From the IMG/VR virus record IMGVR_UViG_3300020446_000002, positions 1 through 34,295 of that record: a stretch of 34,295 nucleotides of DNA, one strand, 5' to 3'. Position 1 is the stretch's first letter. Each line of letters starts with the position of its first letter. Source of the DNA: a virus. Taxonomy: Duplodnaviria; Caudoviricetes. Below, one piece after another: positions 1-10,266 of the stretch. The notes under the pieces are model-generated. The model was not told the origin of the DNA. It saw only the letters and a program-made list of their open reading frames with translations, and made no database searches. Position numbers and translations under genes: made by a program.

Positions 1-77
1 CGACCTAATACTTTGTCATTTACCAATTCAACCAATCCAGATACATCAGTTGTTTTGTCAAATTGTGCAAAATCAAC
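1..77. repeat. Terminal direct repeat (assembly overlap), left copy
   Basis: 1..77 is identical to 34219..34295 (cgacctaatact...aaaatcaac). Confidence 0.97.
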
Positions 78-1403
78 TATTACATTGCTATGTGCCGAAC
101 CTGAATTATCAATACATGAAATTGCTATGCAATAATATGCATCATCTGGAATCAATTGACTTTGTTGTTGTGTAAAATTTATATCAGCAGTTATTGTGTA
201 ATTATTTGCTGTATTTTGTGTGAATTGATAATTAGATATACATAAAGCGCCATTTCTAGTAGATGCATTTTCACCTCTGTAAAATCTAGACAATAAATAT
301 TGCTTTGCCATTTGTGTATTTGGCGATAATTGACCTATATTTTTTGCAACAAAAAAAGTTAATTTATTTCTTGCATCATTTGAAATTTGGAAAGTGTCAT
401 TTTCTAAAGTAAAAGAAATTGAATTTGTGCCATTTTTTACTAATGAATCATTTGCACCATTATTATATACAAGATTTGATGTGGTAAAATAATTAGGCAA
501 TCCATTAAAACCCTCATTGAAAAAACCAACGTCACCTAAAGTGTCTAAATTTTCAACAACCTTAGAATTGTTTGCGTTACCAACCGAAGTCCTTGCATCT
601 AATTTTATTATATATTTAACGCTTTTATCATTTTCAAAAAAATTGGTAGGCAAAGTATTATTTAAAATATTATTGTCAAATCCTTGCAAATAAAATGGTA
701 ATATTGTTGCATAATGCTCAACAACTATTTCTTGCCAATATGCATCATCTAAACCATTATTTCTGACTCTGATAGGAAATTGACTATTAAAATTTGTACT
801 TGCTGAAACATCAATCCATGTTTCATTATTTCCATTAGTAAAAGGAAAAGCTTTTTGATATCCTCCATTATCAAGACCTTCAACATAATAAGAATTTATT
901 GAACCGTCAATTGGATTTATATAATTAGGACTTGCAGAATTTTCAATGAAATTCCAATTTATAATTGCAGCATCCAATAAATTAATACCAATCATTGTTC
1001 CAGATGTAACAGCAACATTTGAAGTTATCGTGGAAGTAACATTATTAAAAAACATTGTTGATGTAGAAACTGATGTTATTGTTGCCTCCAAATCTGGTCC
1101 ACTTGTAAATTTAAATCTATCACCTACTTGCCAACCCTCTCCAACAAAATCTACTGTTGTACTCGCTATATAATATGGGACTGAATTATCACTTACAATA
1201 ACTGCAACCTTATTAGAATTAAAACTTGTATACCATTTGAATAAAAATTTTGTTCTGGCAATCATTACATCAGTAACATTGCCATGTAAATATGGTGTTG
1301 TCACACTATCATTAAAACCTTCAAAATCAAAACTTTCGTCTGTATCTCCTGTTTCTAAAATAGTAGAAAATTTTTGTTCGGATATTAAACTATCAACTGG
1401 CAT
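1..1403 (-). CDS. 5' part of a large tail-tip/baseplate-like structural protein spanning the circular join (about 852 aa in total)
   Basis: Manual translation from ATG 1403 (MPVDSLISEQKF...) is open to position 1 and continues in frame (...VELVNDKVLGR|KLF) into 33063..34218. It lies among tail genes and is N/T/S-rich. The ORF track misses it. Confidence 0.85.
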   Translation of the reverse strand, partial: MPVDSLISEQKFSTILETGDTDESFDFEGFNDSVTTPYLHGNVTDVMIARTKFLFKWYTSFNSNKVAVIVSDNSVPYYIASTTVDFVGEGWQVGDRFKFTSGPDLEATITSVSTSTMFFNNVTSTITSNVAVTSGTMIGINLLDAAIINWNFIENSASPNYINPIDGSINSYYVEGLDNGGYQKAFPFTNGNNETWIDVSASTNFNSQFPIRVRNNGLDDAYWQEIVVEHYATILPFYLQGFDNNILNNTLPTNFFENDKSVKYIIKLDARTSVGNANNSKVVENLDTLGDVGFFNEGFNGLPNYFTTSNLVYNNGANDSLVKNGTNSISFTLENDTFQISNDARNKLTFFVAKNIGQLSPNTQMAKQYLLSRFYRGENASTRNGALCISNYQFTQNTANNYTITADINFTQQQSQLIPDDAYYCIAISCIDNSGSAHSNVIVDFAQFDKTTDVSGLVELVNDKVLG

Positions 1404-1407
1404 AACA

Positions 1408-1415
1408 CAAATTTA
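1408..1415 (-). promoter_or_regulatory. Bacteroidetes-type -7 element TAAATTTG, 4 nt before ATG 1403
   Basis: Matches TAnnTTTG; the same spacing recurs at other late genes. Confidence 0.6.
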
Positions 1416-1634
1416 AAGTATATTTTTTAAGTTTTGTAAAATTTTTTGAAGTGTTGCTATATCGTTTTCCCTTGTTGCCTTTTTTACTTGTACCATAATT
1501 TCATTATATTTTTTTGCCTCATCACTTGGAACATCTGCAATAGAATTTTCAAATTCAAGTATAGATTTCTTATATAAATTTTTATAAGTATTTTTTGTTT
1601 CATTGATTGTTTTTAATAAATTTTCTATGCTCAT
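1413..1634 (-). CDS. Hypothetical helical protein, 73 aa
   Basis: ORF track; ATGA overlap with the upstream gene. Confidence 0.7.
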   Translation of the reverse strand: MSIENLLKTINETKNTYKNLYKKSILEFENSIADVPSDEAKKYNEIMVQVKKATRENDIATLQKILQNLKNIL

Positions 1635-3391
1635 AATTGATTTTTTAATCCTAAAAATACGGTTTCTTTTAAATTTTTCGTGTATATTTTTCTAGTCCAA
1701 CCAGAAATTAAAGCAAAATCTTTATCAAATGACCATTTTAAAGATTCGATTTTAATTATATTACCGTTTGAATCTGAACAATAACTATTATTTATTACTT
1801 GTAAAAAATTTTCAAAACCAAATGGTATTTTAAGTTCTTCAAATAATTGTTTTTGCCCTCTAAAATTATGTTTCACAAAGCTATTTTCACTAATATATTT
1901 ATTATAAAGTTTTTCTGCGCTTATTATAGAATGATTATTTACAGCTTGTAATCCATTTGCACCAGATGTTAAAAATAAAATTTTTCCAACACTTAAGCTA
2001 TCTCCTGTAACATGTAGCATACCCTCTCTTGCTAAAATTTGTTGTTCTCTAGATGAATTACCACCAAACAAATTAATAAGTTCATCCATAATTTTTGCCA
2101 ATATTCTCATAGCATTTTCAATTGGATTCAATCCTTTTTTATCTGAACCTAAAGCATAAGGTATTTGTATCTCATTAAATCCTTTTATTAAAACAGCTTT
2201 ATCATTTTGTTTGGTTATTGGTGTGGTTAAAACTTCTACCCCTGTTCCTAAATAATCAATAAGAGTCCAATAATCACTTAAATCTGTTTGATACCTAACA
2301 ATTGTTCTTGTATTTATTTCATCAGTATTATAATTTATAACCTCATTTTCAATATCTGGGATTATAAATTGTGACTGATTAACCCAAAAATTATCATTAA
2401 TCAATGGTTCTTGATAAACTTGGTTGCCAACAATTTTGATTCTTGCTGAAAACATATTATTAATAAGTGTAATCATTTCACCAACTGTATAACCATAATC
2501 TAAAGTATCTGGATAACCAATTGAATCATTTGAACCTAAATCTAATATGTTTTTACCTTCATCATTTTTTGAAGGTAATATATATAAATTATTAAGTTCT
2601 TCAATAGATGAATTGTAATTATAACCAATATAACTACAACCTTTTTCTAATAATGTTTTTATTTTTGTGCCTTTCCAAATTCTAATTGGTGGTATTAATA
2701 ATTCAAGAAAATCAGTAATCAAAACTATTAATTGTGCTAAAATAACACCTGTATAAATTGATTCTGCAATTACTGTTGCTATTGAATATCCTAAACCTGC
2801 AGCTGGTCCAGAAATACCCCCAACCGTATGTGCTGTTTGATTTATACCTAATTTATCAACTAAAGATTTTGCAGAATCTACTAATTGCTTTGAAAACAAA
2901 AAAATACTTAATGTTAAAAGTGCCATTTCGCCTGCAGATTCTTTAAAAGGTTTCTCAACTATATAGGGTATATCAGTAAAATCAGAATCAGTTAAAAATC
3001 CTGTATCATACAAAAAAGCATAGGTGACTCCATTTGTCCTGTCAATAAATTGGTCGATTCCCTCTAATTTTTTTATTTTACATTTAACTTCTATTGGTGA
3101 AACAATCTGCATATCGGTAAAATCCAAAATACCATTAAAAATATTTATTGTTTGACCATTAGAATATTCAATATCAAATGGCATTCCCTCGAAAATACCT
3201 AATCCACCATTCAAACCGTCTTGAATATAATTTTGTATCGTTACAGCATTTTCATTTACAAAATTAAATTCCTCAACACTTATATTAGCAGAACCCCCAT
3301 TTTCAGACCATGTGGCTAAGACTTGTAAATCTTGCCAATCTCTAACAGGATTAACAACTTGACCATTTAATTTGAATACAATATTTGCCAT
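1631..3391 (-). CDS. Tail protein downstream of the tape measure (distal tail/hub-like)
   Basis: 586 aa, TAATG-coupled to the tape measure gene; hydrophobic central segment. Function inferred from position. Confidence 0.6.
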   Translation of the reverse strand: MANIVFKLNGQVVNPVRDWQDLQVLATWSENGGSANISVEEFNFVNENAVTIQNYIQDGLNGGLGIFEGMPFDIEYSNGQTINIFNGILDFTDMQIVSPIEVKCKIKKLEGIDQFIDRTNGVTYAFLYDTGFLTDSDFTDIPYIVEKPFKESAGEMALLTLSIFLFSKQLVDSAKSLVDKLGINQTAHTVGGISGPAAGLGYSIATVIAESIYTGVILAQLIVLITDFLELLIPPIRIWKGTKIKTLLEKGCSYIGYNYNSSIEELNNLYILPSKNDEGKNILDLGSNDSIGYPDTLDYGYTVGEMITLINNMFSARIKIVGNQVYQEPLINDNFWVNQSQFIIPDIENEVINYNTDEINTRTIVRYQTDLSDYWTLIDYLGTGVEVLTTPITKQNDKAVLIKGFNEIQIPYALGSDKKGLNPIENAMRILAKIMDELINLFGGNSSREQQILAREGMLHVTGDSLSVGKILFLTSGANGLQAVNNHSIISAEKLYNKYISENSFVKHNFRGQKQLFEELKIPFGFENFLQVINNSYCSDSNGNIIKIESLKWSFDKDFALISGWTRKIYTKNLKETVFLGLKNQL

Positions 3392-6300
3392 TAATAAAGT
3401 GAATTATTTTTAAAGTGTCTTATTTCTGTTTTTTTTTGATTTTTTATTTTTTGAATAACTGCATCACTCATTTTGTCATAATCCCAACTTTCGTGTGGTA
3501 TGTGTTCAATTGCACTTATTATTTTGTTGTTTGATTTTGCAATTAATTTTAATTGATTTTCCAATTGATGATTAACAGTTATATTTGTTGCCAACATTTC
3601 ATACGCAGAATTATTTAATTTATTATATCCTATTGTTTCAATGGTGTTATTTTTATAATTATAGGCAATATCGCCTAAAGTATCATTATCAATGCCAGAC
3701 ATTTTTTGGTTATTTTTTGGGTCAATAATTCTTTCATTTGCATCAACTCTAACTATATAACCGTCCTGTCCTTTTAAATCTGGTTTCCCTAAACTTTTAC
3801 CAACATTTTCTGTACCCTCTATGAATGTTGGTAAAGATTGAATAAATGCAGTTATTGCTGTCATATCTGCCAATGTACTTGCCAACGGATTTTCCTCTCC
3901 CTGTTCTATTTTTTGACCATAAACTTTAAATGCAGTAATACCAGCGTTTACCAATTGTTGTCTGCGTTGTAATTTTTGTTTTTTTCTTTCAAGTTCTTCT
4001 TGCCTTCTTATTTCAAACAATGCAGATTTTTCAGCATCTTCATTGCCTAATATTGATAATTGTTTTAATTCATCAAAACGCTTTTTACTAGCCTCAATTT
4101 CTTTATCAATGTTTTCTAATTGTTTTCTGGTTCTTTCATCATTTCTAGCTTGTAACATATCCAATAAAGCATTTGATGCCTGAACCAATTGTCTGGTTTC
4201 CTCTAATTGTTTATTCTTTAAATCTTCAAAACCTTTTAATCTTTTTTCATTTGTAGTTTCTGCAATTTGATTAATTTCATCTTGCGCATTTTTAAAATTT
4301 TGAACAGCCTCATTCTCTATCTCCTTTTTATCTTTCTGATAATTTTGTTCTAAAATCAATAATTCTTGTTTATGATTTTTTTCTGCTAATTCAATTAATT
4401 TATCTTGTTCATCTTTAGTTAATTTTCCAGCTTTTACTTGATTATTTAAAAATGTTTTATAATCATCTAAAGAATTTTTAAGTTCTTGTTTTTCTAATTT
4501 AGAATCAGCATCAAGTTGCATAATTTTCAAATCTCTAATCATATTTAATGACCTTTGGTACTCATCAAGATTTGGTATTACGATATCATTCACATCACCG
4601 TCTTGGTCTGGGTCAACAAAATCCAAATCATTTGCTTGTTGCCTTGCAAAATCCAATTGATTATTAGCATCAATTTCTCTGGAATCAATTCCACGCTGTA
4701 ATAATACTTTATTATAATCTGTGCTTATTTTTAATAATTCTCTTTCAATTTTTAATTTTTCCTTTGCAAAAATGTTTTCTTGTTTTTGTGTTTTTAAACC
4801 TTTCTTTTTTGATTTATTTTTTTTCAATTGGATTTTCAATTCTGATTCTGCAGTTAAACCTTTTAATCTTAAAAGTTCTGCCTCATGTTCTAATTGTTTT
4901 AACAATTTTTCTTGTGCATCAACTTGTGCTTGTGCGTTATCAAATGTTAATTGAGAATTTTTTAATCTGTTTTTATAAAATTTTTCATCCTCTTCACCTT
5001 TGTTTCTTAATTGCCTTGAATTAGAATCTTGTAATTTTATTGCAAATGCCAAGCTTTCATTATCTTTGTCAAGCACATTTTTAGCCTCATCACGCAACTT
5101 AATCATTTCTTGCAATGCATCAAATGCCCTTGAATCTTTTATCATGTTAGCACGCTTTTCCTCATCAATGCGTTTCATGTTTAAATCATGTATTGTTTGA
5201 GCATTAGCACCTAATTCTTTTGCTTTTTGAATTTCCAAATCAATTTGAGCCAATCTAATTTCTTGTTCTTTGTCTGCATCCTCAAAATATTTTTTTTGTT
5301 GGTCGTTTAATTCTTTATATGCTTGTGCCAATCTATCAATTGCCTCTTTTGATTCATCTACCTCATCTGAAAAATCCATAAATAAAGCAATGGCAGTTGT
5401 TATTACTGAAACCAATAATCCAATAGGATTTGCCTTAATAGATGTGTTTAATAATTGCATTGCTCTACGGGCACCTTTTAAACCTCCAGAAAATGCAATT
5501 GTCGCAATCCTTGCACCAATCGTAAGTGTACGATATAATTTTGTTGCTAAATTAACTGCGATTATTGATGTTTTATAAGATACAAAAGCAATTGTTGCGA
5601 ATTTCACAACCTTTACAATTGTGCCAAGATTATTAGCCACAAATTGAATAATTGATTTTAGCGAAATAAATTGTCTACCACCCTCAGCCAAACTAATCAT
5701 TAATTCTGACCATGCACTTTGCAATAATTTAATTGCACCCTCTAAGGTATCAAGTTGTGTTTCAGCCATATTTTTTGCTGTTCCACCTGCGTTTTGTAAT
5801 GATTCATCTAAATCATTTATTTCAATTGTAGAATTTGCTAAAACAACTCCAATTGTTGCGCCTCTTTTACCAAATAGTTCGAATGATGTTTTGGCTTGGT
5901 CAGATGATGATGCTATTTTATTCATTGCATCTTCAAAACTAATTCCCTCTTTACTTAATGTTAAAAATACATTTCTTAATCCTGTTGCAGATGTTGAGGC
6001 ATCAATACCATTGTCAGTTAATTTTCCTAACATTGCTGTTGTTCTTTCTAAAGAAATACCTAAAGCGTTTGCAACAGGTGAAACCGTAGGTAATGCAGTA
6101 GATAATTTTTGAAAAGATAAAGCACTAGATGCTGTTGCTTTTGCCATAACATCATTTACCCTTGTAGCCTCTTCTCCGTCTAATGCAAATGCTTTTAAAA
6201 CAGCACCAGTTAAGGCTGCTTGTTCTCCTAAATCACTTTGCATAGCAGCCGATGCATCTAAAGTTGATTGTGTAATTTTAATAATTTGTTCTTGTTCAAA

Positions 6301-7152
6301 TCCTAAACGAGCAAATTCAGTTTGTAGTTCTGAAACTTGACCAGCAGTAAAAACCGTTGAGCCTCCTAATCTCCTTGCATCATCTGCCAATTGTTTTGTT
6401 TTTTCTTGCCATGTACCCGCTGAATCTGTTACCTTGCCAAGAACTGATGCCAAATTAGCATTGCTTTGTTCAAATTCTGAAAATGTTTTGATACCGTTTT
6501 GGATTGTTCTAATTGCACCAGCTATGCCTAAAGTCAATCCTGCACCAGATAAAATGTTTGAAAAACCCATTTTCATTTTATTCAATGCAGAACCATAGTT
6601 ACCTACATTTCTTGTATATTGACCTGTTTTCGCATCAACATTTTTTAATCTAGAATCTAATTTTTGAATTTCTTTTGCTAATTGCCTTGTTTGTTTTGCT
6701 GTTCCTTTTCCAGATATTATTAGGTCCTTATATTTTTTTCTTAACCTTGTTAATCTTTGACTTTCTTTATCGTATGCACTTATTAAACCTAATTCTGCTT
6801 TAGCTTGTTGTTTTAATGATTTTGTTCTTTCTTGAATCTGTATTTTTGTTCTGGCATTATTTTGTGCTTGTTTTTCTGCCTGTTGATTTAATTTATTTAC
6901 AAGCCTTATTCTTTCTTTTTCTAATGTAATTAAATTTTTGTCTGCCTGTGAAACTTGTTTTGTTAATTCTGCTTGTTTTTTTAAACCCTCAGTATTGATT
7001 GGTTTATTTTTTAATGCCTGTTTACTTACAGTCATTAATTCAATCATTTGATTTTTTAATTTGTCTACTGCTTTAATCATCAAATTAATTTCATCCGTTG
7101 TGCCTTTAAATAGGTTTGAATCAAATAAATCTTCTTTTCTAATCTTTGCCAT
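3391..7152 (-). CDS. Tail tape measure protein (TP901-type core)
   Basis: 1253 aa; FEQSNANLASV, LGGSTVFTAGQVSELQTEFARLGF, GIDASTSATGLRN and MAETQLDTLEG motifs; long coiled coils. Confidence 0.95.
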   Translation of the reverse strand: MAKIRKEDLFDSNLFKGTTDEINLMIKAVDKLKNQMIELMTVSKQALKNKPINTEGLKKQAELTKQVSQADKNLITLEKERIRLVNKLNQQAEKQAQNNARTKIQIQERTKSLKQQAKAELGLISAYDKESQRLTRLRKKYKDLIISGKGTAKQTRQLAKEIQKLDSRLKNVDAKTGQYTRNVGNYGSALNKMKMGFSNILSGAGLTLGIAGAIRTIQNGIKTFSEFEQSNANLASVLGKVTDSAGTWQEKTKQLADDARRLGGSTVFTAGQVSELQTEFARLGFEQEQIIKITQSTLDASAAMQSDLGEQAALTGAVLKAFALDGEEATRVNDVMAKATASSALSFQKLSTALPTVSPVANALGISLERTTAMLGKLTDNGIDASTSATGLRNVFLTLSKEGISFEDAMNKIASSSDQAKTSFELFGKRGATIGVVLANSTIEINDLDESLQNAGGTAKNMAETQLDTLEGAIKLLQSAWSELMISLAEGGRQFISLKSIIQFVANNLGTIVKVVKFATIAFVSYKTSIIAVNLATKLYRTLTIGARIATIAFSGGLKGARRAMQLLNTSIKANPIGLLVSVITTAIALFMDFSDEVDESKEAIDRLAQAYKELNDQQKKYFEDADKEQEIRLAQIDLEIQKAKELGANAQTIHDLNMKRIDEEKRANMIKDSRAFDALQEMIKLRDEAKNVLDKDNESLAFAIKLQDSNSRQLRNKGEEDEKFYKNRLKNSQLTFDNAQAQVDAQEKLLKQLEHEAELLRLKGLTAESELKIQLKKNKSKKKGLKTQKQENIFAKEKLKIERELLKISTDYNKVLLQRGIDSREIDANNQLDFARQQANDLDFVDPDQDGDVNDIVIPNLDEYQRSLNMIRDLKIMQLDADSKLEKQELKNSLDDYKTFLNNQVKAGKLTKDEQDKLIELAEKNHKQELLILEQNYQKDKKEIENEAVQNFKNAQDEINQIAETTNEKRLKGFEDLKNKQLEETRQLVQASNALLDMLQARNDERTRKQLENIDKEIEASKKRFDELKQLSILGNEDAEKSALFEIRRQEELERKKQKLQRRQQLVNAGITAFKVYGQKIEQGEENPLASTLADMTAITAFIQSLPTFIEGTENVGKSLGKPDLKGQDGYIVRVDANERIIDPKNNQKMSGIDNDTLGDIAYNYKNNTIETIGYNKLNNSAYEMLATNITVNHQLENQLKLIAKSNNKIISAIEHIPHESWDYDKMSDAVIQKIKNQKKTEIRHFKNNSLY

Positions 7153-7702
7153 TTTTTATTTCTTTAAGATTATACTTTTTACTTTCCTCATCAATTAGAT
7201 TCAGATAGGTAAAATATTTTCTAGTAGACGTATGTTTTATGTTTATTGATGATTGTAACCATTTTTCAATTAATATTGTTTGTCGGTCATAATCATTACC
7301 TTTTTCATCTAAGGTATTCTTTTTTTCATTTTCAAGCTGTTTTTTTAGTATTGCTAATTTGTTTCTTAAAAATTTATTATTTTGAATCCATATATCGCAA
7401 GTAATAATACTTATTTGCCTTTCTAGATTCAAAATTCTTTCCATTTTTTTAGTAAAACCAAAATCATTAATATATTCATCATATATTTTAGTCCAAAGTA
7501 ATTCAAGTTTACTTTCTAAGTTATGGATATTTTCAAAGATACCATTTTCATAATTAATAATTAAATATTTTAAGTCCTTTTCAATGTAAATTTTTTTCCA
7601 ATTATAAAATGGCAAATCATCTAAAGATTTGTAATATTTAATTTGATTATCTTTTTTAGATTTTGAAAACAATTTTTTTAATATATTTTTGAATTGGTAC
7701 AA
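7139..7702 (-). CDS. Protein preceding the tape measure (possible tail assembly chaperone); start uncertain (TTG)
   Basis: 187-aa ORF directly upstream of the tape measure gene. Confidence 0.55.
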   Translation of the reverse strand: MYQFKNILKKLFSKSKKDNQIKYYKSLDDLPFYNWKKIYIEKDLKYLIINYENGIFENIHNLESKLELLWTKIYDEYINDFGFTKKMERILNLERQISIITCDIWIQNNKFLRNKLAILKKQLENEKKNTLDEKGNDYDRQTILIEKWLQSSINIKHTSTRKYFTYLNLIDEESKKYNLKEIKNGKD

Positions 7703-8129
7703 GTAGTTTTTGATTTAATATATTAATATTTTCTTGCGTTAATCCCTCAATTTTTTCACCATATTTAAAAATTAAATTTGTTTCAAATCCTGTGCTTTCA
7801 TCAATTTTGATTGGATTCGATTGAATTATAATATCTTTTGATGAATCAACAAAAGCAACAAATGAATTATAAAAATCGCCTGTATCTTTTAAAGTTACAT
7901 GGTCTGTTCTTTGACCTCTCGATTGTTTTAATTCAACAGTAAATGGACTATAAAAAGGTTCAATTTCTGTTCCGTCTGAACGTATTCCTTTTTCAAATAA
8001 TTGGTTTTCAGTATTTAATTTTACTATTAAATCTAAAATCTGTTTATTTCTGCCAACTACACTCACCATTAAATTGTCTATTGTCAATTTATTTCTAATT
8101 GATTTCAAATAATTGACCAATAAATCCAT
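7656..8129 (-). CDS. Putative neck/tail completion protein
   Basis: 157 aa; YSPFT..LK...G and VTLKDTGDFYNS resemble the DTGxL-type motif of virion morphogenesis proteins. Confidence 0.6.
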   Translation of the reverse strand: MDLLVNYLKSIRNKLTIDNLMVSVVGRNKQILDLIVKLNTENQLFEKGIRSDGTEIEPFYSPFTVELKQSRGQRTDHVTLKDTGDFYNSFVAFVDSSKDIIIQSNPIKIDESTGFETNLIFKYGEKIEGLTQENINILNQKLLVPIQKYIKKIVFKI

Positions 8130-8287
8130 TATTTATTTTTATCTGGATTGTAACTAGAAAATGGTAAATTAAATTTATTTAATATTTCTTTACGTTTATT
8201 ACATTTTTTGCAAGGCTTTACCTTTCCAAATGTAACTGTTTTAATTGTTTTTTCTACAATATCACCTAAACCAATTTTGTTTTCCAT
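8129..8287 (-). CDS. Small basic CxxC protein, 52 aa (MENKIGLGDIVEKTIK...PCKKCNKRKEILN)
   Basis: Manual translation; TAATG coupling to the next gene; -7-like TAAATTAG 4 nt upstream. Confidence 0.7.
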   Translation of the reverse strand: MENKIGLGDIVEKTIKTVTFGKVKPCKKCNKRKEILNKFNLPFSSYNPDKNK

Positions 8288-8298
8288 ATTACTAATTT

Positions 8299-8329
8299 AA
8301 AAAAAAAAGAGCCATTTAGGCTCTCTTTT
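8299..8329 (-). terminator. Rho-independent terminator after the tail tube genes
   Basis: Stem AGAGCC/GGCTCT with a 5-nt loop, followed by a long T tract on the minus strand. Confidence 0.8.
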
Positions 8330-8347
8330 AAAATTTAATACTAACAA

Positions 8348-8503
8348 TTAACTTTCCTTTTTCTTTTTTGATTTAGGTTTGAACTTTTGAATTTCTTGCC
8401 ATAAATCTTCATCACCATAAGCTTTTAAAAAATCCTTTTTTTTCATTTTTAGGACATTTTTTACATGAAAATTTATGCCATTTATTTCTACAAATTCACT
8501 CAT
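8348..8503 (-). CDS. Small Lys-rich protein, 51 aa (MSEFVEINGINFHV...)
   Basis: Manual translation; its ATG overlaps the TAA of the tail tube gene. Confidence 0.65.
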   Translation of the reverse strand: MSEFVEINGINFHVKNVLKMKKKDFLKAYGDEDLWQEIQKFKPKSKKKKES

Positions 8504-9420
8504 TATGATACAACTTGTTCATCAGCCAATACAGATGAAAAATCAAAACCCTCTTTTTGTATTCCAGTATTAACTTTATTTCCTGTTAATAATGGAGCCG
8601 ACATAGTTATTAAATATGTACCTGGTGTTGTTTCTTGTATTGATGAAATGGTTCCATTTACACCGTCAATAAAAACTTTAAAATCAGCTTGTACTAATTC
8701 TGTTACAGGTGTTCCAAAATCAGTTGTTTCTAAACTTAAAGAAAATTGAGTATCATTGTTTGCCAAACCACTGTAAGTTCCTGTTACATCAAATAATCCA
8801 TTAAGGTCATCTGAGGTAAAATCTAAAGAATCAGCTGGTACAAATCTTAGGTTCTCATCTTTTTGAGTCAATTTCCATTGCCATGTAAGTGATAACATTT
8901 GCACTTCTGCATCTGTTGCTTTCATTAACATACAATAAAAAGTTTCATTATCAATTTGAATAGGACATAAGTAATCTTCACCGTCTGCGCCTTTTTTCTT
9001 GTAATAAATAAAATTGCCTCCTGCATCCAAAACGTATGCACCAAATTCAGAACAACCAAAAGATTTATAATGACCTAATTCTTGTGTTGAACCTAAAGGC
9101 ACAATACTTGTATTAGTTCTTGCACCCTCTCTAACTGTTATAATTTTACCAGAGTTAAATTCCTGTGTAATAGGTTCTGCTCTTGTATCTTCTGTATTTT
9201 CAACTGTTGCAGTAGGATAATATCTGCTTAAAGAATCATTTGCGTTGATAAGTTCCAAAATTGTTTGTTTATTCAACTGATCAGCCTTAAGCATATTTTC
9301 TTTGCCTTGTGCGTTATATTTAGGAACAAAAATAAATTTCCTAGCAATTTGCATTACTGAGGGACAATCTGGACTTCCTAAATTTTGTAGTGTGCTATTG
9401 CACGAACAATCTATTGCCAT
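8503..9420 (-). CDS. Major tail (tube) protein with a C-terminal Ig-like extension
   Basis: 305 aa, acidic, CSC-containing N-terminus; lies between head-tail genes and the tape measure; a terminator follows shortly downstream. Confidence 0.75.
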   Translation of the reverse strand: MAIDCSCNSTLQNLGSPDCPSVMQIARKFIFVPKYNAQGKENMLKADQLNKQTILELINANDSLSRYYPTATVENTEDTRAEPITQEFNSGKIITVREGARTNTSIVPLGSTQELGHYKSFGCSEFGAYVLDAGGNFIYYKKKGADGEDYLCPIQIDNETFYCMLMKATDAEVQMLSLTWQWKLTQKDENLRFVPADSLDFTSDDLNGLFDVTGTYSGLANNDTQFSLSLETTDFGTPVTELVQADFKVFIDGVNGTISSIQETTPGTYLITMSAPLLTGNKVNTGIQKEGFDFSSVLADEQVVS

Positions 9421-9486
9421 TTTTAATATTTTTTAATTTTTAATTATTAGTAATATATTCTGCTAATATACTAAAAAAATATAACT

Positions 9487-10266
9487 CTATAACTTTGCGA
9501 ATTTATTTAAACATGATTTTTTGATTGGTAAATCAATTTCAAGATTTAAACCAGCCAAATTTTCATCAAGTAAATATTTAATATGACCTTTTGATTGAAC
9601 AACTTTACCCCAATTAGTATGCTTAATATAAGTCCAATCATTTAATTTTGCTATGAAAGGATGATTATTACAAATATTTATAAAGTTATCAGCATATTTT
9701 TCCATAGGGTATACAACCTTGGTATATTGTTCATCATTGGTCCAATCTAATTTGTTTGTAGTGTCTAAAAACGATATTAACAATTTTGGCGTATTACCAA
9801 CAACAGAGGTTTTATCAGATTCAAAAGGTTGCCTAATAACTTCCCACAAAATAACTGCAGGATATAATGCATCACTCAAAATTTCTTTTGATGTGTCTAA
9901 TTCTTTATTAACATCAATATATGTTCCATGATAAAAATATGGTTTATGGTTTTTTATAGTTGTAACATCTGATAAATCAACAAGATTTTTATTTTCAATT
10001 ATAATCCCGTTAAATGTTGTTTCAAAATTTAGAATCTTAGTATTTAAAACTTCATTAAAAACATAACCTGTTCCAGAAATAAATTTATAGTAACCTAAAG
10101 TAATTTTTTCACCAATTACTAACTCTTGATTGTTTTCAAATTTATATTCAATTGTTGGTTCAATTTTTTCTGGTTTATCAATTGCAATTATTTGCCAATC
10201 CCACCTTAATTTCTCAATTAGTTTAGAAACAAAACTTATTATATCTTGATTGTAATTTATATTCAT
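9487..10266 (-). CDS. Putative tail terminator/completion protein
   Basis: 259 aa directly upstream of the tail tube gene; LYPAVIL motif typical of tail terminators. Confidence 0.55.
   Translation of the reverse strand: MNINYNQDIISFVSKLIEKLRWDWQIIAIDKPEKIEPTIEYKFENNQELVIGEKITLGYYKFISGTGYVFNEVLNTKILNFETTFNGIIIENKNLVDLSDVTTIKNHKPYFYHGTYIDVNKELDTSKEILSDALYPAVILWEVIRQPFESDKTSVVGNTPKLLISFLDTTNKLDWTNDEQYTKVVYPMEKYADNFINICNNHPFIAKLNDWTYIKHTNWGKVVQSKGHIKYLLDENLAGLNLEIDLPIKKSCLNKFAKL

Noticed and set aside
8348-8503. Slippery A-AAA-AAG sites in the ORF after the tail tube as a G/GT-type frameshift
   Set aside because: The -1 frame hits a stop within a few codons at both sites, and a terminator follows.
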